Virus record (IMG/VR): IMGVR_UViG_3300036399_001571 | Coordinates: 32,001 to 96,000 of that record | Length of the DNA: 64,000 bases | Source: a virus | Strand: one strand, 5' to 3' | In this document: piece by piece, positions 63,570 to 64,000 of the stretch | How the letters are laid out: every line of letters begins with the position of its first letter | How positions within the stretch are numbered: position 1 is the first letter of the stretch | Translations under genes and position numbers: made by a program | The notes under the pieces: generated by a model | The model's input: only the letters and a program-made list of their open reading frames with translations | What the model was told of the DNA's origin: nothing | The model's database searches: none

Positions 63570-63872
63570 ATGAAAAAGAAATCCTTTCCACCACCGTCAT
63601 ATAACGAACGACACGGGTACGACCTGTACGACGACACGGAAGACGATGACGACGAATCAAAAAAGAACATTGCTGGCGCGCTAGCCGTTGGGCTCATCGG
63701 GCACGCAGCGACAATCCTTTTGTACTCTGTCATCATCAACGGATTACTTTCAATAGCCCGAGAGTCCCGGGTATTCGATTGGCAAATTTCATTTCGCAAT
63801 TTAGTGACTGCAGTATTTCTAGTGCAGGCGTTGCGAATTTGGGACAGGGCTATTCGCTCTCGTCAACGATAG
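63570..63872 (+). CDS. Two-TM membrane protein
   Basis: TAGGA RBS; acidic linker then two hydrophobic segments. Confidence 0.6.
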   Translation: MKKKSFPPPSYNERHGYDLYDDTEDDDDESKKNIAGALAVGLIGHAATILLYSVIINGLLSIARESRVFDWQISFRNLVTAVFLVQALRIWDRAIRSRQR

Positions 63873-64000
63873 TTAAGCGAGGCTGTCTGAACCCACTGGT
63901 TGGGTGATTGGACTTGGACATCTCTATGGAGTGAACCATCTCTGTGAGGCTCACCCATATGCCGTCCAGCGGTAAAGAGAATTTAATTCTTTCTTCCTCT

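Larger units (their letters stand above)
60111..63596 (-). repeat. Six dispersed, co-oriented copies of core CGGTGGTGGA (TCCACCACCG on + strand)
   Basis: Copies at 60111-60120, 60465-60474, 61102-61111, 61861-61870, 62347-62356 and 63587-63596. Confidence 0.85.

Noticed and set aside
60111-63596. Repeated motif as a CRISPR array
   Set aside because: The copies are short, irregularly spaced (350-1240 nt apart) and mostly intragenic, and there are no cas genes
63855-64000. Possible partial leftward ORF at the window edge
   Set aside because: It is truncated, has no recognisable motif, and overlaps the end of the rightward gene

Overview
This window is a 64 kb segment of a large tailed dsDNA phage genome. 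A WhiB gene, an r1t-like holin, an HslV-like peptidase and an M15 endolysin point to an actinobacterial host, probably a freshwater lineage given the moderate-to-low GC (judged by eye). No integrase, tRNA, rRNA or CRISPR array was seen. Left to right: (1) a tail-fibre gene and a fibronectin-III (FN3) gene ending in Pro/Phe repeats plus a Cys-rich tip; (2) a ~19.6 kb block of modifying enzymes with 15 2OG-Fe(II)-type oxygenases, 3 DUF6065-like proteins, a GT32-like glycosyltransferase, 2 sulfotransferase-like proteins, a desaturase, a GPx-like protein and a methyltransferase-like protein; (3) a second FN3-(PPFF)n gene, then a leftward virion/fibre operon containing a third FN3-PFF-Cys gene and a 20/22-aa repeat protein; (4) a glycan-synthesis cassette, a second GPx-like gene and a 1335-aa predicted membrane-anchored surface protein; (5) lysis genes; (6) regulatory and replication genes, with a 10-bp core motif repeated six times in one orientation. 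The best candidate for an undescribed system is a thrice-repeated fibre -> FN3-(Pro/Phe repeat) module bracketing the oxygenase block. I infer this is a virion-protein post-translational modification pathway (hydroxylation followed by glycosylation, sulfation or disulfide formation). All family calls come from motif recognition, not database searches, and several start codons were re-chosen using overlaps and RBS positions.
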